Source of the DNA: Candidatus Saccharicenans subterraneus
GTDB lineage: Bacteria > Acidobacteriota > Aminicenantia > Aminicenantales > Saccharicenantaceae
Direction: 5' to 3'
Assembly (NCBI GenBank): GCA_003426165.1
Contig: QUAH01000009.1
Location: forward strand, 64,620 to 128,619
Length of the DNA: 64,000 nucleotides
Shown: positions 42,650-52,374 of the stretch, in pieces
Position numbering within the stretch: the stretch's first letter is position 1
How the letters are laid out: every line of letters begins with the position of its first letter
Translations under genes and position numbers: made by a program
Notes under the pieces: generated by a model
What the model was told of the DNA's origin: nothing
Seen by the model: only the letters and a program-made list of their open reading frames with translations
The model's database searches: none

Positions 42650-43048
42650 GTTTTCTTTATACCTCTATGGGAGGTCAAGTCAAGTTAAAAATTCTTTCCG
42701 GTTAAGATATGGCATCCAGTCTAATCGGTCTGTTTGGAAGCGCTGTGGTGGTAGTCCGGCTATAGGGATTGGAGTTGAAGAAGCTGGGAGATTTATCAGG
42801 TTGGTACTTGAAAAATCTAATGACCATCTATCTTGATGATGACCCAGAAAGTTATCCTTTAGGCTGTGAGCACTCATCCCCCAAGAAAATTTTAGACACT
42901 TAGATTATCTGGACTACCGGTTACTTTCTGGGCGCAGGATGGAATGTCGTTCGGATTTAACATGCCTGTCCTTTTGGGCTATCATTATTCTTAAAGAGGA
43001 AACTTAGGTTTTGATAAAAGTGGCTTCCGGTAAGGCTGGGAGTTTAAG

Positions 43049-43798
43049 TTGAAATTAAAATCTTTACTGTCCAGGTGTTCGGGATTTCACCATAATTTCA
43101 GGCGCATCGAAGAATGCTCCACTCTGCTGAGGTGGCTGGACCCAAAGCCGGGTGAAAAAATACTCGATGTGGGCTGCGGGGACGGCTTTTATACAGAGAA
43201 GATTGCCAGAAGGGGAGCGGAGACCACTGGAATAGATATCCGCAAAAAAGCCTTGGCCAGGGCCCGCAACCGATGCTCCAGCCTGAAACTTCGTTTTATA
43301 GAAATGAACGCCGAGGAACTTGACTTCCCGGAAAACTATTTTGACAAGGTTATAAGCTTCTGCGTTATCGAGCATTTACAGGATGATGAAAAGACCCTGC
43401 GGCAGATAGCCAGGCTCTTGAAACCCGGGGGCAGGTTGTTTCTCTCGGCCGATAGCCTGTCCAATCCCGGTCTGCGAGCAGAGGAGAAGGAAAGGCACCG
43501 CAGGCGTTACCACGTGAATCAATTTTATAACCTGGAAGTGGTTTCCAGTAAGTTGCAGCAAGCCGGCCTGAAGCTGGAGCGCTCCCGGTTCGTTCTTTCA
43601 AGTCGGCTGGCCCTGGCCCTGGCCCGTTTTTCCTGGAAACTCGATGACCTGCCGCCGATTCTGCTTCCACTGCGCTTCATCGGGTATCTGTTACTTGGAA
43701 CGGTGGGTTTGCTCGCCCTGCGCCTGTTCGAACCCCCGCCGGAGAAAAGGAAACACGGACTGACGCTGCTGGTAGAAGCCTCCAAACCACAACGGTGA
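43049..43798 (+). CDS. class I SAM-dependent methyltransferase
   Basis: ILDVGCGDG, GIDI, FDKVIS...VIEH, LLKPGG; TTG start. Confidence 0.9.
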   Translation: MKLKSLLSRCSGFHHNFRRIEECSTLLRWLDPKPGEKILDVGCGDGFYTEKIARRGAETTGIDIRKKALARARNRCSSLKLRFIEMNAEELDFPENYFDKVISFCVIEHLQDDEKTLRQIARLLKPGGRLFLSADSLSNPGLRAEEKERHRRRYHVNQFYNLEVVSSKLQQAGLKLERSRFVLSSRLALALARFSWKLDDLPPILLPLRFIGYLLLGTVGLLALRLFEPPPEKRKHGLTLLVEASKPQR

Positions 43799-43983
43799 TG
43801 TTAGCAGAGCGGCAATTTTCGCTTTCTTGCACTGAAAGGGCATGAGGCAAACCATCTTAAAGGAGACCGGACGATGATAGAGAAGGGGTCTACACTGCCC
43901 GTTTTCTGTGTTTGGGGATTTCTGGCAAGAATTTTTTGAAATCGTTATGAAAGTATGGAACGCGCCAGCCTGACTTTCTCTAT

Positions 43984-44379
43984 TTATAATGTTTTTTCCT
44001 GGTAAATCTGGATGAGGTTGCCGCAGGTGTCGTCGAAGATGGCCACGATGGCCGTGCCGAAATCCGTCGGCTCGAGGGTAAAATTCACTCCTTTATCTTT
44101 AAGGCGGCTAAATTCTTCATGAACATTATCCACAGCGAAAGCGGCAACGGGAATTCCATCCCTGACCAGAGATTCTTTCAGAGCTTTCATGGCCGGGTAT
44201 TCAGCATTAGGTTCAAGAAGAAGCTCTGGACCTTCCGGGTCTTCGGGTGAGACCACGGTCAACCAGCGTGCTTCGCCAAGGGGAATGTCCTTTTTGAGAA
44301 TGAAGCCCAGTTTTCCTGTGTAGAACCGCAGAGCCTTGTCCTGGTTCGCCACCGGGATGCTGAGAAGCCTGATTTTCAT
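43984..44379 (-). CDS. VOC/glyoxalase family protein
   Basis: NQDKALRFYTGKLGF, WLTV, AIFDDTCGNLIQI; GGAGG RBS. Confidence 0.92.
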   Translation of the reverse strand: MKIRLLSIPVANQDKALRFYTGKLGFILKKDIPLGEARWLTVVSPEDPEGPELLLEPNAEYPAMKALKESLVRDGIPVAAFAVDNVHEEFSRLKDKGVNFTLEPTDFGTAIVAIFDDTCGNLIQIYQEKTL

Positions 44380-44645
44380 TTTTATCCTCCAGCTTATGGT
44401 TGCTCGTGATGCGCATTGTTATTAGCTTACTAGTGAATTTAACAGCAAGCAAGAAGTTATTCGCTAAAAAATGCCCGAAAAATTCATTGAACGGGAAAAC
44501 AGATGTTGTCCTTCCGTCAGCAGCTGTGCGGAAGGGTTAAGCACTGAAATGTGGGGTTTTGCTGCCGGTTATATTGGAGAATACAACCCTTCCCGGTTTA
44601 CAGACCGGCTGCAACCGGAACCTTCAGGAATCGGTCACAGCAGGC

Positions 44646-44951
44646 TCAGTTCAGGATTCTCCTGAATAGAGCCGGACCAAGAAAAACGAGCGGGCTGATG
44701 GCCAGCACCGCGGGCAGGAAGGTCTGGTTGACTTTGGTGGCATAGCCAAGACCGAGCGAGCATAGTAGCATTGCCGTCCAGTAGAAAGCCATCTGGACCA
44801 GCGTTTTCCATCCTGAACCGGGTCCAGATTTTTGTTGCTGGCTTATTTTCTGAACCACAGAGGCGAGGAAATCCGGACTGAGCTCCGGCCTGGGCATTCC
44901 AGATAGACTCTTTTTCAGGATTAAATCCAGGTATTTCTCGTCTGTTTTCAT
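44646..44951 (-). CDS. putative membrane anti-sigma factor
   Basis: PELSPDFLASVVQKI motif followed by two TM segments; overlaps the ECF sigma stop codon (ATGA). Confidence 0.7.
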   Translation of the reverse strand: MKTDEKYLDLILKKSLSGMPRPELSPDFLASVVQKISQQQKSGPGSGWKTLVQMAFYWTAMLLCSLGLGYATKVNQTFLPAVLAISPLVFLGPALFRRILN

Positions 44952-45544
44952 TGTGTTTTCTCCTTTCCCTTCTCTGGGCGGCCGGTTCCGGTCAGCTTTT
45001 TCTCCAGCAATTTACGCAGTATCTCTCTCGAACGAAACAGGTATGACTTTACAGTCCCTTCAGGAAGTCCGAGCTGCCCTGCTACTTCTTCCAGGGGAGT
45101 GTCGAGCCAGTAATGCAGATAGGTTATCGTTCGGTAAATTTCGGGCAGCTCTTCGATGGCCTGGAGCACCAGAATTCTTCTTTCTTCATCTAAAAGGGTA
45201 TTCAGCGGGTCGCCGGAGTAATCTGCCTGGTCATCTTGCTTATCGTTATAAGATGAGGTCAGAGAGATCCTTATTCTGTTCTGCCTTCTCCAGTCCAGGG
45301 CTGTGTTGTACGCGAGCCGGTAAAGCCAGGTGCTGAAATTACTACGGGAAGAAAATAATTTCATTTTCCTGTAGAGCTTTAGAAAGACTTCCTGACAGAC
45401 TTCCTCGGCGCTGGCCTCGGAGAAAGGGCCGAGCACCGAGCAGACGAGCCTGAAGACCTTTTTCTGATAACGTTCGACTATCTGGCTGAAAGCGGCCTGG
45501 TCCCCGGTTTCCAGAAACCAGGCCACCAGCTTTTCGTCTTCCAC
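44948..45544 (-). CDS. ECF (group 4) RNA polymerase sigma factor
   Basis: AEEVCQEVFLK, FSTWLYRLAYNTALD, EEVAGQLGLPEGTVKSYLFR. Confidence 0.95.
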   Translation of the reverse strand: MEDEKLVAWFLETGDQAAFSQIVERYQKKVFRLVCSVLGPFSEASAEEVCQEVFLKLYRKMKLFSSRSNFSTWLYRLAYNTALDWRRQNRIRISLTSSYNDKQDDQADYSGDPLNTLLDEERRILVLQAIEELPEIYRTITYLHYWLDTPLEEVAGQLGLPEGTVKSYLFRSREILRKLLEKKLTGTGRPEKGKEKTQ

Positions 45545-45567
45545 CTTAGATATCCCGTTTCAGATTT

Positions 45568-45969
45568 TCAGCTCTTTTTCTCTTTTTCCCGCGTGATAAA
45601 ATAAGAAATCGTCACGCCGAGTCCGGTAAAAATAATGACCAGGCCCACCGGCCAGACCACCCTGAGCGCTGGCCACATCCAGAACATCAGGGTCATGCCC
45701 AACCCGATCATGGTCAGGATGATACCTGCGCCGAGAGCATTCCTTGGATTTTCGCGGCCTTTGCCCTCCTCATTGATATAGTAGTCCGGCCACTCAGGAT
45801 AGGGAAGCCCTTTTTCAATGGCAGCCATTCGCTCCCTGTGGATGAGGTCCAGGAGTTTTTGTTTTTTTCTGTGATTAATCCAGATTATGATCAGGGCAAA
45901 AGCGCCCCAGCCAAAAACCCAGAGAATTACGATCAAGGGGTTGCTCCAGCTGAGGGTATTTCCTTCCAT
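45568..45969 (-). CDS. membrane protein, DUF6249-like
   Basis: TM, then HRERMAAIEKGLP, then two TMs; AAAGGAGGAG RBS; first gene of the ECF operon. Confidence 0.75.
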   Translation of the reverse strand: MEGNTLSWSNPLIVILWVFGWGAFALIIIWINHRKKQKLLDLIHRERMAAIEKGLPYPEWPDYYINEEGKGRENPRNALGAGIILTMIGLGMTLMFWMWPALRVVWPVGLVIIFTGLGVTISYFITREKEKKS

Positions 45970-46023
45970 TTTCTCCTCCTTTACATGGACAATTTAAATA
46001 TTTTTTTTGATTTCCATCCTTTT

Positions 46024-46050
46024 GACGCTAACAGAAGAATTTAGGTTGCA
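46024..46050 (-). promoter_or_regulatory. ECF sigma promoter, probably autoregulatory
   Basis: TGCAAC-N17-CGTC (AAC/CGT signature) 54 nt upstream of the ECF operon. Confidence 0.7.
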
Positions 46051-46247
46051 GATATGCAATAAATATTAAAAAGAACCTTATATTCTTAGAAAATGTGGGT
46101 AAACGAATTTATAATCTTAAAGACGGGCTGACAGTTTAAGATTCATGTCTGATACTGGAGAAATATTTTCCGCTCTTAAGTAAGATCGAGGAAGGGTTGA
46201 AAAAAAGGAGAATTTTTAGAATTGAGAAAAAAGAAGGTATTCACCAA

Positions 46248-49200
46248 TCATTCGTATTCGGACCAGGATTTGACCTTTAAGTCGCCGATTTTTTTGGCGC
46301 GCAGGGCGGAGACAAAGGCTTCGGCCAGCTGCAGGTTGGTGATGACCGGGATGCCCAGGTCGATGGCCAGGCGGCGCATGCGGTAGTCGGAGTCGAACTC
46401 TATGCGCTTTCCGGTGTGGGGGATGGAAATGAGAAAGGCTATCTTTTTCTCCATCAAGAAGTTTTTTAAATTGGGCTGGCGGGGTTGGTGAATCTTAAAA
46501 AGCCTGATACTTTCAATTCCGTGGCGCTTGAGAAATTTTGAAGTGCCTTCGGTGGCGTAAATGGTCAGCCCGGTTCTGGCCAGGTCTCTGGCTGCGGCGA
46601 TGAATTTTTGCTTGTTTTCTTCTCCACCCAGGCTGAGCAGGATGGATTTTTCCGGCAGCCTGTAGCCTGCGGCCATCATGGCCTTGAGCAGCGCTTCGTG
46701 GGCATCATCACCCAGGCAGGCTACTTCACCGGTTGAAGCCATCTCCACGCCCAGCCTCGGGTCAGCCCCCTTGAGCCGGGAAAAGGAAAACTGAGGTGCC
46801 TTCACCCCGACGTAATTCAGCTCGAATACAGAGCGGCTGTTGCTCACAGGGAGTCCCAGCATGGCTCTGACTGCCAGCTCGATAAACGGAATGCGCGAGA
46901 CCTTGGAGACAAAGGGCAGCGAGCGTGAAGCCCGCAGGTTACATTCTATGACCTTTAGCTCATTGTCCCTGGCCAGGAGCTGCAGGTTGAAGGGGCCGGT
47001 TATCTTCAGGGCCCGGGCAATTTTTTCTCCGATAAGGCGGGCCCGTCTAATTGTTTCAAGGTAGAGTTTTTGCGGCGGGACGACCATGGTGGCGTCACCC
47101 GAATGGACGCCGGCGTTTTCTATATGTTCGATGATGGCTGAAGCTACCACCTTCCCACGGCTGGCCACCGCTTCCAGCTCGATTTCCTTGGCTCCGACTA
47201 TGAACTTGGAAATCACCACCGGGTGCTCGGGGGAAACCAGGGAAGCCCTTTTCAGATACTGCTCCAGATAACTTTCTTCAAACACCAGGCTCATGGCCGC
47301 GCCGCTGAGCACATAAGAAGGCCGGATGATTACCGGGTAGCCAACCTCGGCGCAGAATTTCCGGGCTTCCTCAAGGCTTGTGACTTCTTTCCATGGTGGC
47401 TGGTCTATGCTGAGCTCATCGAGGAGCTTAGAAAATTTGTGACGATCTTCTGCCCGGTCGATGCTTTCGGGCGAAGTGCCCAGAACCCTCACCCCGGCCA
47501 GGTGGAGCTTTAGAGCCAGGTTATTCGGTACCTGGCCTCCCATGGAAATTATGACCCCGGCCGGCTTTTCTTTTTCGTAGATGTCGAGCACCCGCTCCAG
47601 GCTAAGCTCGTCAAAATAAAGCCGGTCGCACATGTCGTAATCGGTGGAGACGGTTTCCGGGTTGTAATTGACCATGATAGTCTTGTAGCCGAGCTGCCGC
47701 AGGCTGAGCACGGTGTTTACGGCGCACCAGTCAAACTCCACCGAAGAGCCAATGCTGTAAGGACCCGAGCCCAGGACCATGATTTTCTTTTTCGATGGCC
47801 GGAAACGAACGTCATCTTCCGAGCCGCAGTAAGTCAGGTATAAGTAATTTGTTTTTGCCGGGTATTCTGCGGCCAGAGTGTCTATCTGTTTAACCGCTGG
47901 CTGTATCTTCAGCTTCTTCCTTTTTTCCCTGACTTCCTGTTCGGTGGCTCCGGTGAAAATGGCTATCTGTTTATCAGAAAATCCTTTTCTCTTAGCTTCA
48001 AGAAGAAGCTCAGCCGGAAGCGAGCTCAAGGAGAGGCTCCTGAGCTGTTTTTCCATCTCCACCAGCCCCCTCATCCTGTGAAGGAACCAGGGGTCGATTT
48101 TCGTCAGGTGAGCCACTTTTTCCACCGACCAGCCTTTCTTGAAAGCTTCGGCTATGCCGAAAATTCTCTCGTCGGTTGGATGGGCCAGCTCTTTTTCCAG
48201 ATTTTTAAAGGAATAGTTTTCATTGCCCACAAAACCGTACATGCCCACCTGGAGCATGCGCAGGGCTTTCTGCAGCGCCTCTTCAAAGCTCCGGCCGATG
48301 GCCATGACCTCGCCCACGGATTTCATCTCCGAGCCAATCTTCCGGGAGACGCGGGCAAATTTTTTGAGGTCCCAGCGCGGGATTTTCACCGTGACGTAAT
48401 CCAGGGCAGGTTCAAAGCAGGCGGTGGTGGCTCGAGTTACCGTGTTCTTGAGGTCAGGCAGCGTGTATCCGAGCATCAGCTTGGCGGCCATGAAGGCCAG
48501 GGGATAGCCGGTGGCCTTGGAAGCTAAGGCTGAGGAGCGTGACAGCCGGGCGTTTATCTCGATGATTCGGTAATCGCCGTTTTTGGGGTTCAAGGCATAC
48601 TGGATGTTACATTCGCCGATGATTTTCAACTGGCGCACGGCCCGGAAGGCAATCTCTCGCAAGCGGTGGTATTCAGTGTTGGTCAAAGTCTGCGATGGTG
48701 CTACCACAATGCTTTCGCCGGTGTGAATGCCCATGGGGTCGATATTTTCCATGTTGCAGATGGCCAGGCAGTTGTCGACTTCATCGCGGATTATTTCGTA
48801 TTCAATTTCCTTCCAGCCTTCCAGGTATTCTTCTACCAGCACCTGGCTGGATTCGGACAGGGCTATCCTCAATTTTTCTTCGAGTTCATCTTTTTTATAG
48901 CAGAGTGAACTTCCTTTACCGCCGAGGGCAAAAGCCGCCCGCAGCATGACCGGCAAACCGATTTTCTCCGCCGCCCGTAGACCTTCCTCAATTGAGGAAA
49001 CCGCGATCCCGTGTGGCGTCTTCAACCCGGCTTCAGCCAGTGCCCGGTTGAACAGACCGCGGTCTTCGGTGATTTCAACAGACTGGAGCGGGGTACCCAG
49101 GACTTCGACCTTATGTTTCTCCAGCAGTCCCTGTTTCCACATGGCCAGCCCGCAGTTAAGTGCTGTCTGCCCGCCGAAGGAAATCATCATGGCTTCCGGC

Positions 49201-49439
49201 TTTTCTTTTTCGATGATTTTTCCAACGAAATAGGGTGTAACCGGCAGAAAATAAACCCGCTCGGCCAGGAATTCGGAAGTCTGGATGGTGGCGATGTTGG
49301 GATTGACCAGAACCACTTCCAGGCCTTCTTCTTTGAGAGCCTTGATGGCCTGGCTTCCGGAGTAATCGAATTCGCCGGCTTCGCCGATCTTGATGGCACC
49401 GCTTCCGAGAAGAAGAACTTTCCTGAGCCTTTTCTTCAT
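46248..49439 (-). CDS. carB: carbamoyl-phosphate synthase large subunit
   Basis: GSGAIKIGEAGEFDYSG, two ATP-grasp halves (HTGES, HSGDA), MKSVGE, MASTGE, C-terminal MGS domain. Confidence 0.98.
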   Translation of the reverse strand: MKKRLRKVLLLGSGAIKIGEAGEFDYSGSQAIKALKEEGLEVVLVNPNIATIQTSEFLAERVYFLPVTPYFVGKIIEKEKPEAMMISFGGQTALNCGLAMWKQGLLEKHKVEVLGTPLQSVEITEDRGLFNRALAEAGLKTPHGIAVSSIEEGLRAAEKIGLPVMLRAAFALGGKGSSLCYKKDELEEKLRIALSESSQVLVEEYLEGWKEIEYEIIRDEVDNCLAICNMENIDPMGIHTGESIVVAPSQTLTNTEYHRLREIAFRAVRQLKIIGECNIQYALNPKNGDYRIIEINARLSRSSALASKATGYPLAFMAAKLMLGYTLPDLKNTVTRATTACFEPALDYVTVKIPRWDLKKFARVSRKIGSEMKSVGEVMAIGRSFEEALQKALRMLQVGMYGFVGNENYSFKNLEKELAHPTDERIFGIAEAFKKGWSVEKVAHLTKIDPWFLHRMRGLVEMEKQLRSLSLSSLPAELLLEAKRKGFSDKQIAIFTGATEQEVREKRKKLKIQPAVKQIDTLAAEYPAKTNYLYLTYCGSEDDVRFRPSKKKIMVLGSGPYSIGSSVEFDWCAVNTVLSLRQLGYKTIMVNYNPETVSTDYDMCDRLYFDELSLERVLDIYEKEKPAGVIISMGGQVPNNLALKLHLAGVRVLGTSPESIDRAEDRHKFSKLLDELSIDQPPWKEVTSLEEARKFCAEVGYPVIIRPSYVLSGAAMSLVFEESYLEQYLKRASLVSPEHPVVISKFIVGAKEIELEAVASRGKVVASAIIEHIENAGVHSGDATMVVPPQKLYLETIRRARLIGEKIARALKITGPFNLQLLARDNELKVIECNLRASRSLPFVSKVSRIPFIELAVRAMLGLPVSNSRSVFELNYVGVKAPQFSFSRLKGADPRLGVEMASTGEVACLGDDAHEALLKAMMAAGYRLPEKSILLSLGGEENKQKFIAAARDLARTGLTIYATEGTSKFLKRHGIESIRLFKIHQPRQPNLKNFLMEKKIAFLISIPHTGKRIEFDSDYRMRRLAIDLGIPVITNLQLAEAFVSALRAKKIGDLKVKSWSEYE

Positions 49440-50512
49440 CCGAGCTGCTCCAGAAAGAGGTCAAAGATGAACTCGGTATCGGTCGGTCCCGGGCTGGCTT
49501 CGGGGTGGAACTGAACGCTGAAGACGGGCTTTTTCTTGTGGCGCATCCCTTCATTGGTTCCGTCGTTGGCGTTGGTATACCAGACCGACCACTCAGGGGG
49601 CAGGGTGCGGGTGTCAACCGCGTAGCCGTGGTTCTGACTGGTGAGATAACAGCGCCTGGTGCCCTCTTCCAGGCAGGGCTGGTTCTGGGAACGATGCCCG
49701 AATTTAAGCTTGTAGGTTCTGGCTCCAGCGGCCAGGGCCAGGATTTGATGCCCCAGGCAGATGCCGAGTACCGGCAGGTTTTCCTTAAGCAGAGCTTGGA
49801 CGGTGGTCACGGCCCGGCATTGTTGCGGGTCACCGGGTCCGTTAGAAATAACCAGGCCCTGGGGATTAAAGGCCAGGATTTTTTCGGGTGGAAAATTTTC
49901 AGGAACTCTGACTACTGAAGCTCCCCTGGCCACCAGGGCGCGAATTATTCCACGTTTAACTCCGCAGTCAATCAACACCAGCTTCTTGCGGCCTTCCGGG
50001 TTGTAGATGTGGATGTCGGGTGATGACACCTCGGCCACCAGGTTTCCGGCGTTGGGGTCGGGCAGCGTCCGGGCTTCCTTGATTAGCGGATTTAGCCTTA
50101 GCGGTTTCTCTGAAACCACCAGCAGGCCCGGGATGACTCCATAATGGCGCAGCCTTTTGACCAGGGCGCGGGTGTCTATCCCGTAAAGTCCCGGAATCCG
50201 GTTTTCTTCCAGCCAGCGTTCCACCGATTTTCTGGAAGTATGGTGGGAGGGGCGGTGAGTGAATTCGGAAACCACATAACCCTTGATCCAGGGCCGTCCT
50301 GATTCAAAGTCTTCAGGGTTAACCCCGTAGTTACCGATCAGGGGGTAGGTCTGGACCAGTATCTGTCCATGGTATGATGGGTCGGTGATGGACTCGACGT
50401 AACCGACCATCCCGGTATTAAAAACGACTTCCCCCCAGGTTCTGGCGCAGGCGCCGAATCCTCTGCCCTCAAAGACCGTTCCGTCCTTGAGGACCAGCCC
50501 AGCGTACTTCGT
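49436..50512 (-). CDS. carA: carbamoyl-phosphate synthase small subunit; apparent ACG start
   Basis: GLVLKDGTVFEGRGFG...GEVVFNTGMVGY lies in frame upstream of the ORF-track ATG (50410); SNGPGDP, GICLGHQ, QFHPE. GGAGG sits 7 nt before ACG at 50512. Confidence 0.9.
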   Translation of the reverse strand, partial: TKYAGLVLKDGTVFEGRGFGACARTWGEVVFNTGMVGYVESITDPSYHGQILVQTYPLIGNYGVNPEDFESGRPWIKGYVVSEFTHRPSHHTSRKSVERWLEENRIPGLYGIDTRALVKRLRHYGVIPGLLVVSEKPLRLNPLIKEARTLPDPNAGNLVAEVSSPDIHIYNPEGRKKLVLIDCGVKRGIIRALVARGASVVRVPENFPPEKILAFNPQGLVISNGPGDPQQCRAVTTVQALLKENLPVLGICLGHQILALAAGARTYKLKFGHRSQNQPCLEEGTRRCYLTSQNHGYAVDTRTLPPEWSVWYTNANDGTNEGMRHKKKPVFSVQFHPEASPGPTDTEFIFDLFLEQLG

Positions 50513-50944
50513 GCTTCATCCTCCAGAAATTTTTCTGACTTTAGCATAATTCCGAGGGCCTGGCAAGACCGGTGGAAAAATTAAAGGACCATTTTGCCGT
50601 GAAATCAGGCACGAAAATTTGTGCGATGTTTAGGTCTTGGAATCTGCTAAATCATATAGTAGCTCTATGTTAATTGATGGGAATGAGGTATCTCAGCGAA
50701 CTGATTGAAGTGATTATAATTACCGGTCCAATATACAAAAAGCCAGACAGGATGAAAGCAAATTTGAGGCACACCGATTTAAAACTTATAAGGCCACTTT
50801 GATTTCCTTAAACAGGAAAAAATTTCTGCCTATTCCGATTCATAGACAGAGATTGTCGGGTTGATATTTATCGAAACGACAATATTTTCCCTGAATATAA
50901 GATTGTTTGAAGGTTGCCTGGGAATCGATGCTGGCGGGCCCTTT

Positions 50945-51883
50945 TCAGTTCTCGAGCACGTAAATCTTTAAGGTCTGAGATTTATCTCCCCCCAGGAAAT
51001 AAATTCTGCCGCTTGTGTCCTGGGCCACCGGGTACCCTGGGGTGGAACTGCCCTTATCTTCTTTCAGGCTGAGTCCCGCAGGTTCGAAACGGTTTCCCTT
51101 TTTCTTGAAAACCATGAATCCATCTTTATCCTTGAACCACAAATCTCCGGTATGAACGAGGAAAACGTTTCTACCAACCCATTCTGTTTCTCCAACCTGG
51201 TTTCCGTTGAGGTCAAAGTATCTGATAAGGCCCGCGCCCGGGAAAGCCTGAAATATTATCTGGTTATCGGGGTCAAATTTTGGAGCAACGGCAAAGTAAT
51301 CCGGATTCTTATCTATGAGTGAGGGGGTGTCTCCGAGCTGTTCTTTAAGGGGTGAAAAGGATTTTATCAGATTCAGGTTGAAATCTAAGAGGTGGAGGGA
51401 ATTCCTGGGGAGCTTGACATCTTTGGCTATCCCGTTGACCAGGATTAAATCATTCGGCTTGAGAATCTGAAAGTGGGTTACCAAATTGAACATTTCACCC
51501 AGGTTGATTTCCCGTATCTTTTGCCCGCTGATTCCGTCAAACCAGACCAGGGGAAGATAAAAATATTTGGGAGTCATCCTTCCCGCCAGCAGGCAGACTG
51601 GATTACCGTTACTATCGATATCAAACCTGGTGATTTCTCCTTCTATTATCTGGGAAGCTTTTAACACAATTTCTCCCGTATGATCCAGCTTCAGGAACGT
51701 GTCCAGGCCCCGCTGGGTTATAAAAATAAATCCATTAGAATCTACAGCAACATAGGCCAGGTACGGTTGGTAGGGCTTCAAAAGGAAGCTCAGGTCAATT
51801 TCTTTCTCCAGCCTGAGATTCTTAGAATAAATAGAGCCAAAAGTTAGTAATAGAATTAAGAGGAAAAGAAAAACTTTTTTCAT
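50945..51883 (-). CDS. hypothetical secreted protein, probable beta-propeller
   Basis: AAAGGAGG RBS, MKK signal peptide, NHL-like blade starts (VAVDSNGFIFI, FDIDSNGN, AQDTSGRIYF). Confidence 0.7.
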   Translation of the reverse strand: MKKVFLFLLILLLTFGSIYSKNLRLEKEIDLSFLLKPYQPYLAYVAVDSNGFIFITQRGLDTFLKLDHTGEIVLKASQIIEGEITRFDIDSNGNPVCLLAGRMTPKYFYLPLVWFDGISGQKIREINLGEMFNLVTHFQILKPNDLILVNGIAKDVKLPRNSLHLLDFNLNLIKSFSPLKEQLGDTPSLIDKNPDYFAVAPKFDPDNQIIFQAFPGAGLIRYFDLNGNQVGETEWVGRNVFLVHTGDLWFKDKDGFMVFKKKGNRFEPAGLSLKEDKGSSTPGYPVAQDTSGRIYFLGGDKSQTLKIYVLEN

Positions 51884-52328
51884 ATCGAATTACCTCCTTT
51901 TAGCTCATATAACGATAAGAATTATGATCGATTTCAGTATTTACTTTTTCCCAAAATTTCAGCTCCCCTAACGTTCAATCTCAAAAAAATAAATAAAGTC
52001 CAAACGCGATTCTGTCAAGTGCATGAAACATTAAATTAGTTTTTAGCTTGACCCGCAAACAGGGGAAAATGGACAGCAAGCCCAGGAATATTTCCTTTCC
52101 CTGAGGGGAATAGGAGGGGGGAAAACCAGAAGGGGTCTTTTTCTTCAATTTATAATTGGCTGGGTGGTTTAGGCTCCTGGCCGGGTCGGCGGGCAGGCCG
52201 CAGTCTGGTGTAAAAAATCTTTATGGTGAGAAAGAATTTTTATATCAGGGCAGGAAGGGAAGCACAGCCCCGTAATCCTGTTTCCCCTTATCCAGATAGA
52301 ACCTGTCGCCGGCTCAGCTCACCCGGGC

Positions 52329-52344
52329 TGGCACGAAAGTTGCT
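52329..52344 (+). promoter_or_regulatory. sigma54 (-24/-12) promoter
   Basis: TGGCACG-AAAG-TTGCT, an exact match to TGGCACG-N4-TTGCW, 30 nt upstream of tonB. Confidence 0.8.
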
Positions 52345-52374
52345 TTTTCATAGGGTGGAAACAGGGGGTGAGCA

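Noticed and set aside
43840-43890. GGCAAACC...GGACG resembling a c-di-GMP-I riboswitch
   Set aside because: The P2 stem cannot form, GCAAAG is missing, and the site lies between convergent gene ends.
50338-50547. 69-aa ORF overlapping the carA 5' end, as a leader peptide or frameshift partner
   Set aside because: It is in a different frame with no CarA similarity; the conserved CarA N-terminus is already in the main frame, and this ATG lies inside the predicted promoter spacer.
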